In this document: piece by piece, positions 1-14,410 of the stretch
How positions within the stretch are numbered: the stretch's first letter is position 1
How the letters are laid out: each line of letters begins with the position of its first letter
NCBI GenBank assembly: GCA_951406725.2
Contig: OX597820.1
Span: forward strand, 106,826,001 to 106,890,000
DNA from: Octopus vulgaris
Lineage: Eukaryota
Length of the DNA stretch: 64,000 nucleotides
Direction: 5' to 3'
Translations under genes and position numbers: made by a program
The notes under the pieces: model-generated
Seen by the model: only the letters and a program-made list of their open reading frames with translations
Database searches by the model: none
Told to the model about the DNA's origin: nothing

Positions 1-740
1 CTGTACATGGCTTGCACAGCTCTGACTAACCATTCATCTATCCCTAGTTTCCTCATTGACCACTAGATAAGGGATCGGGGGTCCCTGTCGAAGGCTTTCT
101 CGATGTAAATGAAAGCCAGGTACAGGGGCTCATTTTTGGCTAGGTATTTCTCCTGCAGCTGCCTTACCAGGAATATAGCATCAGTGGTACTCTTCCCTGG
201 CACGAACCCAAACTGCATCTCATCTAAACTAACTCTCTCTCTCTAATTAGTTGGGCTATGACCCTCTCCGTAACCTTCATTACCTGATCCAACAGCTTGA
301 TACCTCTGTAATTATTTGTATCTCGGGCATCACCTTTACCTTTGTAGCAGTTGACTATTATGCTGCTACACCAGTAATTGGGTATGACTTCTTCGTGTAT
401 CACCTGATTAACTATACAGATGACTAGGCTATAGCCGACACTACCAGATATTTTGAGCATCTCTGCAGTGATTCCTGATGGGCCTGAGCTTTCCCTGTCT
501 TCATGCTTCTAATTGCCTTAACTACCAAGGAACTGTCAACTTTGATAGCTGGTCCCTCTGTTGGGTCAACATTTGGCAGACTCTCTTTATCCCATTCATT
601 TTCTTTATTCAGCAACCTTTCATAGTGGCGTTTCCAAGCCTCTCTCTTTGCATCCTCATTTAGCGCAAGTGAGCCATCATCCATGCGAACACATTTCTCT
701 CCTACCACATCACGATTCTCTCTCACACACTGTCTTGCAA
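1..740 (-). mobile_element. RTE-like LINE fragment (pre-RT/RT N-terminal part), runs off the window start
   Basis: Minus ORFs 424-726 and 224-460 (MKTGKA..., YKGKGDARDTNNYRGIKLL) are near-identical to the RTE copy at 52963-56293; frameshifted. Confidence 0.9.
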
Positions 741-3284
741 ATATGTATATTTAATATTTTTGGTTGAATGGGTATATGTTGATTAGTGTGTTGGGGTGTG
801 TTTCCATTGGATCTACTTCAGGAATTCCTCAGTGTTAGTTGAGATAATAATAATAATAATAATTGCTTAAGTAATGAGAAGGTGGATTTGGTATTAATCT
901 TTATTTTTTATTTTATGCAACAGCCATCTTAACCCATCCTGTTACTATCCAACATGCGTTGCATCAGTTTTGCAGGCTGGGTCTCATCAGGTACATTTAT
1001 ACATAAAGGCTTGTGTCTCACTAAAGATCCCAAGTTTTGGCTGCCAAGTTGTTATATACCCATCCGGTTAGGGAATGAAGCATCACTACAATATTCTATT
1101 ACTATTATCTTTTTTTCATTAAGAGTTGCAAACTCTTGTAAATATAGACAAATAAGTGATGATAAAAAAAGTTTGTTGGGGAAGTTAATGGATGGATAGG
1201 GATACACACACATATATGTATACACACGTATATCTATTCACACATACGTTGCTTTTTTTTGTTGTTTTTGCTTTAGAATACTCATAAGCCAAAAACATGT
1301 GTATGAATATTTTTCTGTGGGATACCCGCATATAAAAAAACATCACTGTCATCAGATTACTTTCAGAAGATTACATACATTAGGAAATACATTAACTGAT
1401 ATATTCTTAATATGATAACTTGTTTTGTTTATTTTTCATTAATCTGATTTTTAAAAAATTTAATTTGTTTCTATATTTTGATTTCAGGTTTTATTACAGT
1501 TACTTCTTATTTGAAATTATCAAATACAATGTTTTCACAGTAACTGGTTAATCTCAATAATTAAAATGTTTTTTTTAAATTAAGGTATTGTCACATTTAT
1601 AGTCCAAATAATTATTAAGTTATTAATTGGAGCAGTAGCAAGTTAATTGATCTTTGGGCGAAATAAAGTTATGTTACCTAATGTTTCAGGTGAAGTGTTA
1701 CATCATTGTTTTATCTGGTGGCTGGATTGAACAGTGTTGTCTTGAATGTTCTGTGTTTGAGTTGAGTAATGTTGCATTGCTTTATTAAGGTATTATCATT
1801 TTTATTTTTTTAAGAAGCAATTCCCGTTATCATGCTTGGGTCACTTATCTGGCTCAGAATATATCAGACTATGCCTGCTTGAAGTATTTTCTACTAATGC
1901 AATACTTATGCCTTCATATTATGCATAACTAACTGAATGTCTACTTCATGACACTAAACAGCACTTCCTATTCTATGTGGAAATTCTCTTTGCCTATCCT
2001 AACCCTTAGATGATATTTTGCTAAAAAAGCTGCTTCTGCTTCCTCCCTTTTCTTTTTGTCATATATTTTGCACCCTAAATGTTCAGTTTGCTATGAAAGT
2101 ATCATTTTAGTATTCCTATGTGTTGCAGCTGTTGAGGCCCATTCGGCCACACATGGTCATATCTGGTCACTGGCACAAGGTAATTTCGTTTTCCATTATT
2201 TTCTTTTAATATATCTTATTCCCTGCTGCTTCATTTCTAACATGATTTCTTTTATAACAATTAAAATGTTTGTCTCTTGCAATGAAAATCAATAATATTA
2301 TATTAAGATATACAGCTGTTTCCTGCTGTAAATAAAATGACTTTATTTCAAGAAATACATTATATTATTCTCTTTTCACACACCTTACTTCTCTTCAATC
2401 CTGTTACAGTATATGAAAGAATAGTTCCCTATTGAACTGGCAGAAAATTTCATGACCTGATGATCTACATATTAATTCATCATCATCATTTAACATCCAT
2501 CTTCCATACTGATATGGGTTAGACTATATTTCAATATGATTTCAATTTAGGACCATTCTCTCTGGCTGTTTTCTTGCAGTACATAATGATCAGATGTAGG
2601 CTTTAAAACTAATCTCCAGCTAACTGAATTTCACTTGTTGTCATCCTTTCAACCTACTTTTCACAAGCAACTCTCACTTCCTGTATAACCATATTCTAAT
2701 AATATCTTAATACATCTCTCAGATCATTCAAATAGTAAAAATTCTATTGGAAATATTGGATTTTACTACTTTTTTACGTCCCTTACTGACTCATGTTTTC
2801 TCATGACTACTAAGGGTCTGCCATAATACTTATGTTTTGAAAGCAATTTCTTTTACAATTATTTTACATGGTTGCAAAATGAGCTTGTTAACTACATACC
2901 TGCACCTATATATCTATATTATCATAAAAAGGTTAATTACCAAATGTAAAAAATGCCATAGTCACAAACTATAGCTTGTTAATTTTGGAATTTTGTCCTG
3001 TCTCTTTTACCAAAATTCCAGCACCTATTTTGTCTGTGAGCTTGCTAGTGGATGTAAAGTTTGGACAGCCAATACAGAGGTTAGCTAAGAAATATATATC
3101 AGCATAGATAGAATTGAGATTTTAATGTTATACATTTAACAATAAAATGAAGAAAAATAGAAGCAAAACAAACATATCTAATAAAGTTAAAATGATTCAC
3201 CAAAAATGAAATTAAAAGCTAACAGAGTTGGAGGGAGTTGTGCATATTTCATCAATAAACTAATTCTATTTTCCCTTTATCTAG

Positions 3285-3489
3285 GCAAATTTATTCTTGT
3301 GTGAGGATTGCTTGTCACAAGAAAATGATGATGGTGATTACTGGCCTGTGACAAGACGTGACCTCACATCAGAAGAAAACTATATTGAAATCAATTCTGA
3401 TGAGAAAAGTACTTTAGTTGAGATCATGGTGCCTACCTGCAGCTATCGGATGGGTGAACCTAAGATGGGTTATGGTGTTCTGGTTATAA
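3285..3489 (+). CDS. Internal exon of an MPPE1/Cdc1-like metallophosphoesterase
   Basis: Pyrimidine tract + ctag acceptor and A|gtaagt donor. Encodes ANLFLCEDC...EIMVPTCSYRMGEPKMGYGVLVI, resembling the E-x-x-V-P-S/T-x-S-x-R motif at the end of the MPPE1/Cdc1 phosphoesterase domain. The phase-1 end matches the next exon. Confidence 0.7.
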
Positions 3490-5057
3490 GTAAGTAATAT
3501 ATTATTTTTAAACTTTTGTGAAAAAAAAATAGTACTTATAAGAGATTTACTTTTTACTTTTTGTTCTTTGTGGCATGCCCAATTATAGTAAGTGTTGATT
3601 TAAAGTCTAACTATTAAGGTTTCACGTAGGAAATAAGTAAAATTACTTGGTAAAGAGGTACAGTATGTAAGAAGTAAATATACAGTTGAAAAATAGACTT
3701 GAATTAAACTGAAGATATCAGAAAAAGATGAAGTCTTCTCCTCTCCACTTCTGTCTACTACCTCTGTTAATGCTGATGAGAAGGTAGAAGGTGCATGACA
3801 GAGTTAATGCAAGAGGGTCAGTGTTAAATGAAGTTTAGATATTTATAAACATAGTTGTTATCCATCGAATAGACTGGAATGTCATTTGTTCAGATGAGAA
3901 AGTGTTGAAAATAAGTTTCGGTTATTATCATTAGAAAATGTATTTGAAGAACCTAGTCTCCTAAATTCCCTTCTAGTACTGAAATGCAAATCTTGAAATG
4001 ATTGTGTAGATCAGTACTGTATCACAGCACTGTACACATTTATGTTTGGTATTGTCTATTAGTCATAACCTATTCATATTGTTAGTTTTCTAGTCTGGGT
4101 TATCTTCTCTGTCATACTGATTCGGTTAATCTGACTCCAGCACTTAAGATAAAAGAGGTTAAAATTGGAGCTTTTGTATATAAAATTTAACAAATTGTTT
4201 GTTACCTTAGTGAAGACATCTAAATGTATGGAAAACATACAGAGTGGTGAGAAGGCTACAGCAGAATTGATGCAAAGAACATCGTCATCATCGCCGCCGT
4301 CGTCATCATCATTTAAAACCATTTTCCACAGTGACATAGATTTGATGGTTCAATTGGATTTAGTAAGTCAGAAGGCTGCGTCAAGCACAGTTTCTACAGC
4401 TGGATGCCCTTCCTAATACCCTGTAAAAAAATGGTACCCTGAACACACTTTACTTTTTTGTGGCACTAGCTCTACTGAAACTCTCAAAAAACTTTGAACC
4501 AGATGAGCATGACTTTATAGGCTGTGTTGGAATTAGGTGAAATGCCAAAATAAAGAATTACTAAGAAAGCTGAACCAAGGTAGGACAGAAAATTTTGCAA
4601 CCCAATTTGCACATAACCCATTGACTGAATGTGAGCAAGTGTAGACACAGGTAATGAATTGTTGCTTTTGCAAATTTACCTGACTCCTAACTTGTTCTTT
4701 ATTTCTCGTTTCTGTTCTCAATTTGCAAATTTTTCACAATGTTTGAGGTCTGCACAGGTAACTTCTACTTTGGTTTTCTGCTGCTATTTGTATCATTTAG
4801 CTGTGCTCTAGCCTGATTTTTGTGGATCGATTTGCTGTGTATCCACAAATTAGATCTTGGTCTTGAGCTGGGGTTTTCAAACCTAACTGCCCTTGTCATT
4901 ATTAACTTGTATGTGGGTAGGTGGGGAGTAAGTTATGTTATTTTTTAGATCACCACTTGAAAATTTCTGTTTCCAAGCTAGGGCCTTCTCTCTTGTATAT
5001 TATCTGGAACTTCCATGAGTGAATTGAGAGAAAATGTAACTTTGCTGCCAATGTTAA

Positions 5058-5273
5058 CCCTTTTGTTACTTCATTTCTCTTGGAACACACTTTTAATTAG
5101 TTTTTGGAAATAATGAAGAATTTAGTAAAATAATTTTGTCATTATTAAGCTGATGTTTGGAACATGAATTAACATGAAATTTTGATGGAAGGTCTTAATT
5201 TAAATTATTTTAAAACAGGCATTTTGTATCATAGAACAAAGAGTAGCCCCAGGAGAGTTGATATCAAAATGGC
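5058..5273. mobile_element. piggyBac-type MITE (family 2), degenerate
   Basis: TTAA|CCCTTTTG start and degenerate CAAAATGG|CTAA end; internal sequence recurs at 46581-46794 and about 22550-22950. Confidence 0.5.
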
Positions 5274-5351
5274 TAATGAAGTACAATAATCCTTCTATGA
5301 TCAGTAATTAATTCATTCTACAAATGTTGTTCTCTTCTCTCTTTATCTTAG

Positions 5352-5530
5352 ATGACAATGGTAATATCAAGTATATGACACTGTGGCTGCCACCAAGATA
5401 CATCTCGTTATATATGTATGCTGGATATGCAATATTCCTCTGCATAGTAATTATCTGCCAGATGCTAAGGAAGCTGTTTACAGCTATGCGGCGATTGCTA
5501 ACCCGAACACAGGTCAGTCATTATGAGTGA
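5352..5530 (+). CDS. Terminal coding exon of the MPPE1/Cdc1-like gene (C-terminal TM helix)
   Basis: ttatcttag acceptor; A+AT restores the frame. Encodes NDNGNIKYMTLWLPPRY, then hydrophobic ISLYMYAGYAIFLCIVIIC and a basic tail to TGA, like the LPR + TM end of MPPE1-family proteins. Confidence 0.7.
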
Positions 5531-7673
5531 TTAGTGATTCACAATGCAATGCCTTAGTCTCGACATCAAACTCTATTGTTGTAAGTATCCTAGGATTATC
5601 CTTTCTAAAACTAATTCTAAACTACACTAAATCACAACAAAACCTAGATCTAAATACTCCTTTTGGATTATATTCCAAACTGATAAAACCATAATCTATA
5701 AATCTGTTATCATTTCCCATCTCTCATAGCATCATTAAGGTTTTGTCTAGTTTTCTTAAAGTCGTATTCCTTTTGACTCTTTTTAACAACATGGTATTTT
5801 CTAATAGTAAACTGGTTCCATGATATAGTGAATAAAATCATTCTAACCATCATCATCATCATCCTTTAGCATCTACTGGCATGGGTTAGATGGTTTCACT
5901 GGAACTGGTAAGCTGGAGAGCTGCATCAGGTTCCAGTCTGATTTGGCAGGGTTTTTACCATGTTATAAATAGTTGTAAATTTCCCTGAGTTTAATCATAA
6001 CCCAGAAATGTATTTTATATCTAGACATCATCATTTTAACATTTGTTTTCTCAATGCTTGCATGAATTAGGCATAATTTATTTAACCCGCTTTGTGTGTG
6101 TGTGTGTGCGTAATGGATTCTCTCATCAATCTCAACATGTAAGGATCCAACAGCATTGCTATTTGCCGACCCACACAGATGACTTTTTTTTTCAGTGGTG
6201 AAGGCTTGTGCTGGCATGGCTAAGACAGTTTGACTGGAACTGATAAACCAGAAAGCTGTACAAGACTCCAGTCTCTTTTGGCTTGGTTTCTTTGGTTGGA
6301 TAGGTTTCTAACACCAACCACTCCATAGAGTGTACTGGGTGTCTTTTCTGTGTTGCCAGCACAGGTACCTTTTACATGTCACCAGCATGGGTGTCTTGCA
6401 CACATCATCAGCACTAGCCATGACTACAATTGTGTGTGTGTGCCATTATGCATACACATATAATGGGCTTCCATACATATTCTGTTTACCAATTGCACTT
6501 GCAAGACATTTGTCAGCCTGAAGCTATAGTAGAAGGCACTTGCCCATAGTGGGAATAATCCAAAAAATGTGTGATTTGTTTTGTGGGTTTTTTTACCTGC
6601 CAGAGATAAGACAAAGCATTTGAGAGTGGTTAACTAGCTGATCCAATATTAATATATTTTAGAATTGGAAAATTTTAATTTCATTTTAAAGAAACATGAC
6701 ATGAATACTTTTCTAATAAATTGACTAAGTTGTAATTTTCAGATTTTTCAAATTTAGTGGATTGAAGATAGTTGTTTAATACTAATTTATGCAGTCGTCA
6801 TCATCGTCATTTTAAAATCCATTTTTCCATGCTGGCATGAGTTAGAAAAATTAACATAAAACTAGTAATTGAATAGGGACCTAATCAAAATTGTACATAC
6901 CACTACTATTTTACTCTCAAAAATTTCATCATCATTATTTCCGTACTTGCATGAGATGGACAGAATTTATTGAGGCAGATTTTCTGTGTCTGGATGCTTG
7001 TTCCTGTTGCCAACTCTCACCTGTTTCCATGTTAGGTAATATTTCCCCATATCCAAATATGTTTCCCTTGAACAAATGACACTGCTTGTAACACAGTGAC
7101 ACTCATTTACAACTATTATGTGATGTCAAGACAAGGAGGCATAAGCATACACAAACACACACACATATATGATGGGCTTCTTTCAGTTCCCATCTCCCAA
7201 ATCCACTCACAAGGCTTTGGTTGGCCTGAGGCTATAGTAGAAGACACTTGCTCAAGACTAAATTGTTCATATTTGTTAATGTTTATAGACCATTAGCAGC
7301 AAGAAGGTGATCACATTCTGTGAAGATGTGGGATGAGAAGGAAATCAGAAAACTGTTTAGTAGAGAAAGTGGAATGTTGAAGGTTTTTCTGGGTATGTGC
7401 TTCACCTCTATTCAAGACATAGATCATTTAGTGCAAATAATTGGTGTAACATTCAGTTTAATGCAAATCCTTGTAATTGGAGCTAAAATGTAGGCACACA
7501 CTTTTTGTAATCAAATCAATCTGTAAGCATAACCTAGTAGAGGGAGAGACTGCTGCAACTAAACAGCAGTACCTAACCAGTTTGGTGCATTTGGATTAGT
7601 TGTTATTTTAGTATTACAGTCATTGTTCTGCTTTAATATACAAATATTGAAATTTTAAGACAGTATACTATCA

Positions 7674-7709
<36 letters not shown>

Positions 7710-8454
7710 TAAAGGTAGGACAGAAAGAACACAACAATTGGAAGTCAGCAAAACACAACATGTGGGAAAATAAACAATAGTACAACAAACAGCTCTGTTT
7801 ACAGAAGCAATATTATCATCTAAACATTTATTACATGATACTGTATAGGTTACCAGCTTTAAAAATAACAAAGAAACTAACTCTGATAAATAGTAAAATG
7901 TAAAGTGGAACAAAACTTTTGCTATGCACTTGGATACTAGTATGAAACTATGATATGGCTCTAATAGTGTAGTTACTAAACCATAAGTATACATTTATCA
8001 GACTTTTTGCACTATCCTAAAAGTGCATATTGAGCACATGAATACAAATATGTAATTAAGTTTTTGTGTGGTGTCTCAGGTAAGAGCTTCGATATCTTTC
8101 TTTGGTGTTGTCTTTTCCACTATTATACTTGTATTCTGTAGCAGTAATTGATACTTTACTGTAGACATCTCTGGAAATTTTGGTTGTTTTTTTTTTCTTT
8201 CTGTCAGAAACAACGAATGGTGCCATTTTAAGGTTGAAAGTTCAAATTAATCCACAAAGGCTCTTAGACCAGTTTCTGTAGATTTAAGTGAATGAGAGAT
8301 CTTTCTGTGAATCAAACACTAGTCTATTGCATGAAAATAACCTACAGAAATCGACTGCCTTTATCCTACAGATGTAATCAACTAATGCCTGCTCCCAAAA
8401 TTTCAGGTCATGCCTACAGTAGAAAGAATTATCAATGTTTACCACTGTTAAGTA

Positions 8455-8990
8455 TATGAATAATAATCCTATCCCCTATAGGCACAAGGCCTGAAATTTT
8501 GTGAGGAGGACTACTTGATTACATCAACCTCAGTGCTCAACTGGTACTTATTTCACTAACTCCAAAAGGATAAAAGGCAGAGTCAACCTCAGCAGAATTT
8601 GAACTCAGAATGTAATGACAGACATAATGTCACACTAAGCATTTTGTCTGGCATACTAACAATTCTGTCAGCTCATTATTAATGTTTTACTATAGGTAAC
8701 AACCTCAGCAGCATTTGAACTTGGAACATAAAGTTGGAAGAAATGCCTCTCAGCGAGTAAAATCGATCTGTTAACAATTCTGCCAGTTCACTGTCTTGTA
8801 TACAAATAATAATAATGGGTTTCAAATGCTGGTACAAGGCCAGCAGTTTTAAGGAGAAGGGATTAGTCAACACAATTGACCCCAGTACTTGACTGGTACA
8901 TTGTATTATTGACTCCAGAGACGTGAAGGGCAAATTTGGCCTTGGCAGATTTGAACTTGGAATGTAAAGAGCTGGAAGAAGTGCTGTCAT
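8455..8990 (-). mobile_element. Cluster of tRNA-derived SINE copies
   Basis: Repeated body (actggtactta...aaaggca.agtcaacc...atttgaactcagaa; GTTCAAAT B-box on minus). Further copies near 14530-15180 and 59030-59240. Confidence 0.65.
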
Positions 8991-11214
8991 AAAGCAAAAG
9001 CCACAATAGCCACATCTTGTTTTCTGACATTGTTATGTTGTAACCACTATATCAGCAAACAGTTTTAATTCTAATTTAATTCTGGATCTTGTCAATGAAT
9101 AACCTCACTTTGCCCGCAGTTGAATAACTATTGTAAAACTTTGTTCGTATCTTCTAAATAGTTTTGTTTTGGATGGTTGTTTATTTTTCTGCTTTCTGTT
9201 TTCCAAGATTTATTTCTCCACTCCCATCAAAGACTTCAAACTTTTATTATTGTCATTCAATAATCTTATTTTTATTGCCTGCTTTCACTGTGCTACCAAG
9301 CATAGTTCTATGTGTCTTGAGTATATGCTGTGATATGTTTTAGTATTGTTATTTTACTGCATTAATGGTTATTTATTATTATTATTATTATTATATCATT
9401 ATTGAATGAGAGAACAGTCCATGCCACCAGAGTGACACTGGTGTACAAATATATGAAACCCAATGTACCCACCATGACTACTCGTCTGATAAGTGTACAC
9501 CAGGCACATGCATCACAACCATGTGTGTGACATGGTGATCTCATATCAGGTAAAACAGCGCATGACCTTGCAAGTGAGGCTCAGTTAGAATTCTATTCAA
9601 GTCAATTAACCTATCCTGCTCAAAAGGCCCCTGAACAAGGTTTGTTTAAGGATGTTGAACGAAACACCCATGTTTCCAGAGGTGAAACCCCAAAGAATTC
9701 CTCTCAACACATGCCTCAGATTGGTACTTTTTTATTGTCCCAGAAAGGAAGAATGACAAAGTTGACCTTCACAGGATTTGAGCTCACATTGTGGAGAGCT
9801 GGAACAAACAACACAAAGCATTCTGTCCATCACTCTAACAACTTTGCCAATTTGCTGCCTTAGTGAATATTTTAAATGTAGTGAAATTTTTTTTTATGAC
9901 TTAGTAAGGGGAAGAGGCTATACCTATGACTTTGCAGGTCCTGGTAAAATCAATATGGTTTCTGTTCCTTGGTAAACATAGCTGAGATATTCCAGTATTT
10001 GGCTTTGTTTTCCAGTTTTCTAGATTTCAGTCTTATTGAAGCCAACTAAGTTTTACTTTCTGCTAAGATTGCAGTAGTTCAGTATAGCTCTTCTGCAAAT
10101 ATTAGCCCTGATCCCTGTTTAAAAATTTAATTGTTGTGTGCATCATTGTCGTCATCATTTTAGTATCTACTAAGAGTCTGGATGGAGTCTATTGAGGTAG
10201 ATTTTCTACAGCCAGATGTCCTTCCTGTCACCAATCCTCACTCGTTTCCAAGCAAGGTAATATTTCCCCATGGTCAGACATGCTTTCACAGAATTTTGGA
10301 AATGAGTGACACTCTATATTTTTACAATTAACACATGGTGTTAAGAAATGGAGACCCGAACACTCCCTCACATACATATACTTATATACCTATACATACC
10401 TATATACCTAACATTGCTTGTGTGAAAGTGATGCTCATGCACTGTCATCACATGATGCCAAGATAAGTGTACATACACATAAACAATGGGCTTCTTTCAG
10501 TTCACGACTATAGTAAAAGAAACTGTCCCAAGGTGCCATGCAGTGGGACTGAAACCAAAAGCCATATGATTGGGAAGCAAACTTTAACCACACAGCTACA
10601 TCAGTACCTAAAAGTATTGTTTTGTTTTTTTTAACAGCTTAATCTAAGGAGGGAAGAGCTGGACTCACAGACATTTTCAGGACCTATATGACCAGTAGGA
10701 GTAAGTTAGTCTAGTGAGTAGGCTTAAATATTTTCATGAGAGTGAACCCCTTTAAAGGCACCTATGGGCCAAGTAGTGGTGTTAAACTAAGCAATAGATT
10801 GAGTTTACCAATGTCATTGAGATATGGAAACAAATCCTTAAGACTGATAAGTTGGCAGAAACAGTAGAACACTTCTAATCATGTTGTTTATGACTGTAGC
10901 TATGTCATTCATAATACCCTCAAGAGCAACATCTCTTGGGATTCTGACACACTTTCATCAACAGAGTTACTATTTTCATGATCCTCATCACCATTATCAT
11001 TTACCATCCACTTTTTCATGCTTGCATAGGTCAGACAGAATTTGTTGAGTCAGATTTCCTACAGCCAGATACCCTTTCTGTTGCCAGTCCTGATCTGTTT
11101 CTAAGCAAGGTAATTCTTCACCAGGGTAGACTGAAAATTAACAACTTTGTATGACAGTGATGCTCATTTGCAATCATCACATGATGTCAAGACAAGTGTA
11201 CATACAAATAAAGC

Positions 11215-11249
<35 letters not shown>

Positions 11250-11279
11250 TATAACAGCATTGGCACAAAGCAGTGTTTA

Positions 11280-11431
11280 GAGCAGAATTTAGATTAGTTA
11301 AAATGTGTTTGTCACATATTTCAACTGCTAAAAGGTAAATACACTGCAGTAACCATGGTAAACACAATGTATTTGCCTTTTAGCAGTTGAAATATGTGAC
11401 AAGCATATTTCAACTAGCCTAAATTCTGCTC
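11280..11431. repeat. Fold-back inverted repeat / MITE-like element (about 67-bp arms)
   Basis: gagcagaatttag...ggtaaatacactg pairs with caatgtatttgcc...aaattctgctc around a short spacer; related arms at about 52450-52690 and 52900-52962. Confidence 0.75.
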
Positions 11432-12522
11432 ATATATATATATACATGCACATATATGACAGGCGTCTTTCAGTTTTCATCTATGAAGTCCACTCACATG
11501 GCTTTGGTCAGTAATGGGGTTACAGTAGAAAACACTTGCCTTAGGTGGCATACATTATAACTGAACTCAAGGCTTGGAAGCAAGCTTCTTAATCACACAG
11601 CCATGTGTATACCTATTTTACGTTTCTAAAATCCCAGGCCCATCTCAAAACACTTTAGCAATCTCAGCTACTTGGTGTTTTATCATAAATTCTGATTCGT
11701 TTTTTTTTCTTCTTTTTCCTTTTGCAATCTCTTTCACAGAATAAACTGCCATCATCTGAAATATAAATAAAATAAAAGTGCAAGGCAGCAAAGAGAAAGA
11801 ATCTACATTCCTGATTTTATTATTCAGGTATCATTGTCATTGTTTCTGACCAATTTCTCTCTTTTTTCTCCTCATTCTTTCCTGTTTCCAACAAAATTTT
11901 ATTTTGTCTGCATGCATTTCATTTATGTGTGTGCATTATTTGAAGTCAACTATTGACTTATTTCTTTATACCATGCACCTACTGTAAGAGCTCTGGTGAA
12001 TGCAGTATTATTGCTTTTGACCATATCTAATACAAAAACATCTAATCTAAGTTGGTCGTTTTTTGATTTTTTTCTGTCTCTCATCCCTTGGATCAGAAGT
12101 TATTTGTTGACATTGCAAGGTGCAGTTCTATATCGTATTTACATGCATCGTAACAACAATTTCTTCAGTAATTTGCAGCTTTATTTCCATACCAAACAAA
12201 ACTACTTGCTACATCTCTCTCTCTAGTCTGTCAAATCATTGAACTCCCATTGAACAAATATTTGCAGTAGTTCCTTAAATTATGTGAAGGATTTTGACAA
12301 ATTTGACTGTGGTATTTTTCATGTAATAAATTGGGATACTTTGGTAACTGTAAAAAAACTTAGATCTTTTGACTTCCATAAAAATTCCAATACTTGAAGC
12401 TAAAATGATTCACTCAATGAAATCTCTTATAGTTTTTTGGGGCTCTTATAAAAGACTATTCTCAGACACATCTTATTCTTCATCACATTCTTCATTCTCA
12501 GCCATATCTTATTCTTCATCAT

Positions 12523-12593
12523 ATAACTGAATACTGTTGTGGATTGACTTCCTGTCAATGACAGAGAGTCACTCCACAACAGTATTCAGTTAT
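12523..12593. repeat. 71-nt near-perfect palindrome/hairpin
   Basis: ataactgaatactgttgtgga...tccacaacagtattcagttat is a 21-bp perfect outer stem with further internal pairing. Confidence 0.85.
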
Positions 12594-13429
12594 GTGGACA
12601 ACACTGAGCTGTAAAGTGAAATAAATCACAAATGATACTCAAAGACAAGAGCTGAATCTGGACAGCATAGGCAACTAGGCAGAGGAGTTCGTTTCAACAA
12701 ATTTATATTACATCATCATCATCACCATTTTAATGTTCCATTTTTCATGGAATTTATTGAAGCAAGATTTTCTCCAGACATACAGCCTTCCTGCTGCCAA
12801 CACTCACCTGTTTCCAACTTAGGTAATATTTCCTCACGGTCAGACAACGATTTTACAGAATATTGGAAATGAATGACACTGCTTGTATGAAATAGACCCT
12901 TATTTACAAATCACAGGATGTCATGATAAGAAAACACAAACATACATACACACATACGCCTGCTCACATGTGTGCATATACATACACAATGGGCTTCTTT
13001 CAGTTACTGTCTGCCAAACTCACTCAAGGCTTTGGTTGACTGAACCCTAAACCATGTCACTGGAAAGCAAACTTTTCAACCTCTCTGTCCTGGAAAACAA
13101 TCTACTTCTCTCTTTCACACTTACATAATAAATTGTACTTTTCATTTTATTTCATTGCAGAAACCTTGATAAAGAATGATGCATTATCACCAAGTCAAAC
13201 CAAACAAGGAAAAACTGTGATATTATTGCTTTGTTTTTTTTTTCAAACAATTTTATTATTTTCAAAAATTCTAGAAAATCGTTTTATTCTCTAATACATT
13301 CCATGTTTTTTCTAGAATCTATGTAATCCATAGAATGCAACATAAGCCAAGATATTTCTTTTCTTATATATGGACATCATATATCTTCTCTTCCAAAATT
13401 CCTTTTTATCTATATTTTTTGTTTATTGC

Positions 13430-14410
13430 ATAGGTCTGCAAAATGAAACATTTTGATAATTGTATGTTACTCTATATATTTTTGTGGTGCTAATTCAAGA
13501 TATCAAAAAATCACTTTCCTTTACCTAAGGTTTTCTCACAACTTAATAATAGAATCTACCATAATTTGTAGGTAAATCTGCAAATGTTAGGACAAAATGA
13601 AGCAAATAAAAATTAATTTGGTACTTTATTGAGCAAAATAAAATGGCACAAATGCAATTGAAGTATAAGAAAGTAGATTTTTACAATAAGTTCCATTCAT
13701 CTTTTGGTTCAGCACCTGAAAATCTCTTCTTTTCCACTTGGGAGTTATACCTGAAACTCTTTCACTTGTGAGCATCTGGACATTCCTATTGACATCAAAT
13801 TGACATTCCATCTTCCCTGATATTCTTTCCATCTCCTTTATGTCATGATGAAACCTTTTTCCTAGCTCTTTACTCACATTACCCAGATTTTTCAGAAAGA
13901 AATCCTAATGGGCATTTAGGAAATGAACTTTAATGCATATTTTACATCCTAAGGCCTCCGAAATTCCCAGTATTCTTCCCACTATGTCTTTGTATTTTGG
14001 ATCCTTGTGATTACCCTAGAGGTTCTTCATCGCTTCATTAAAACTAATCCATGCATCTTTATAAGAATCACTAAGAGAAATTTTCAAAGTTTTCGTCCTT
14101 GACAAATTTCTTATATCTGAAAATACACCCTCTTCAACCTGGACACTTGCTATAGAAAAAACTTGAAGCCCTCTCCATCCTGTGGGAAAGCTTTTATAAA
14201 TTGCTTCATGAGACCATTTAATCTTGTGTAAGAAGACACCAAATTTTCATGTTTCCTTCATGATCACTAAGTGTCCAACAGGGATGGAAGCATATTTATT
14301 ATCATTTCTTCAAAAAGTCAGTAGAGAGTTTCCATTTATCAGGCTGTAACTTATGCTAAACTTTCCTATTAGACCTGATGGATCTGTTCAATAATCCAAA
14401 TTATTTTCTA
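13430..14410 (-). mobile_element. Degenerate DNA transposon, Chapaev3 (CMC)-like transposase relic
   Basis: Minus translation IKVHFLNAH*DFFLKNLGNVSKELGKRFHHDIKEMER matches the HFLHSHLDFFPENLG.VS.EQGERFHQDI motif. Superfamily name is recalled and boundaries are approximate. Confidence 0.55.

Noticed and set aside
924-990. Possible upstream exon of the MPPE1-like gene (cag...CAG|gtacat, phase-compatible)
   Set aside because: Peptide HLNPSCYYPTCVASVLQAGSHQ has no recognisable family motif; cannot be supported without RNA data.
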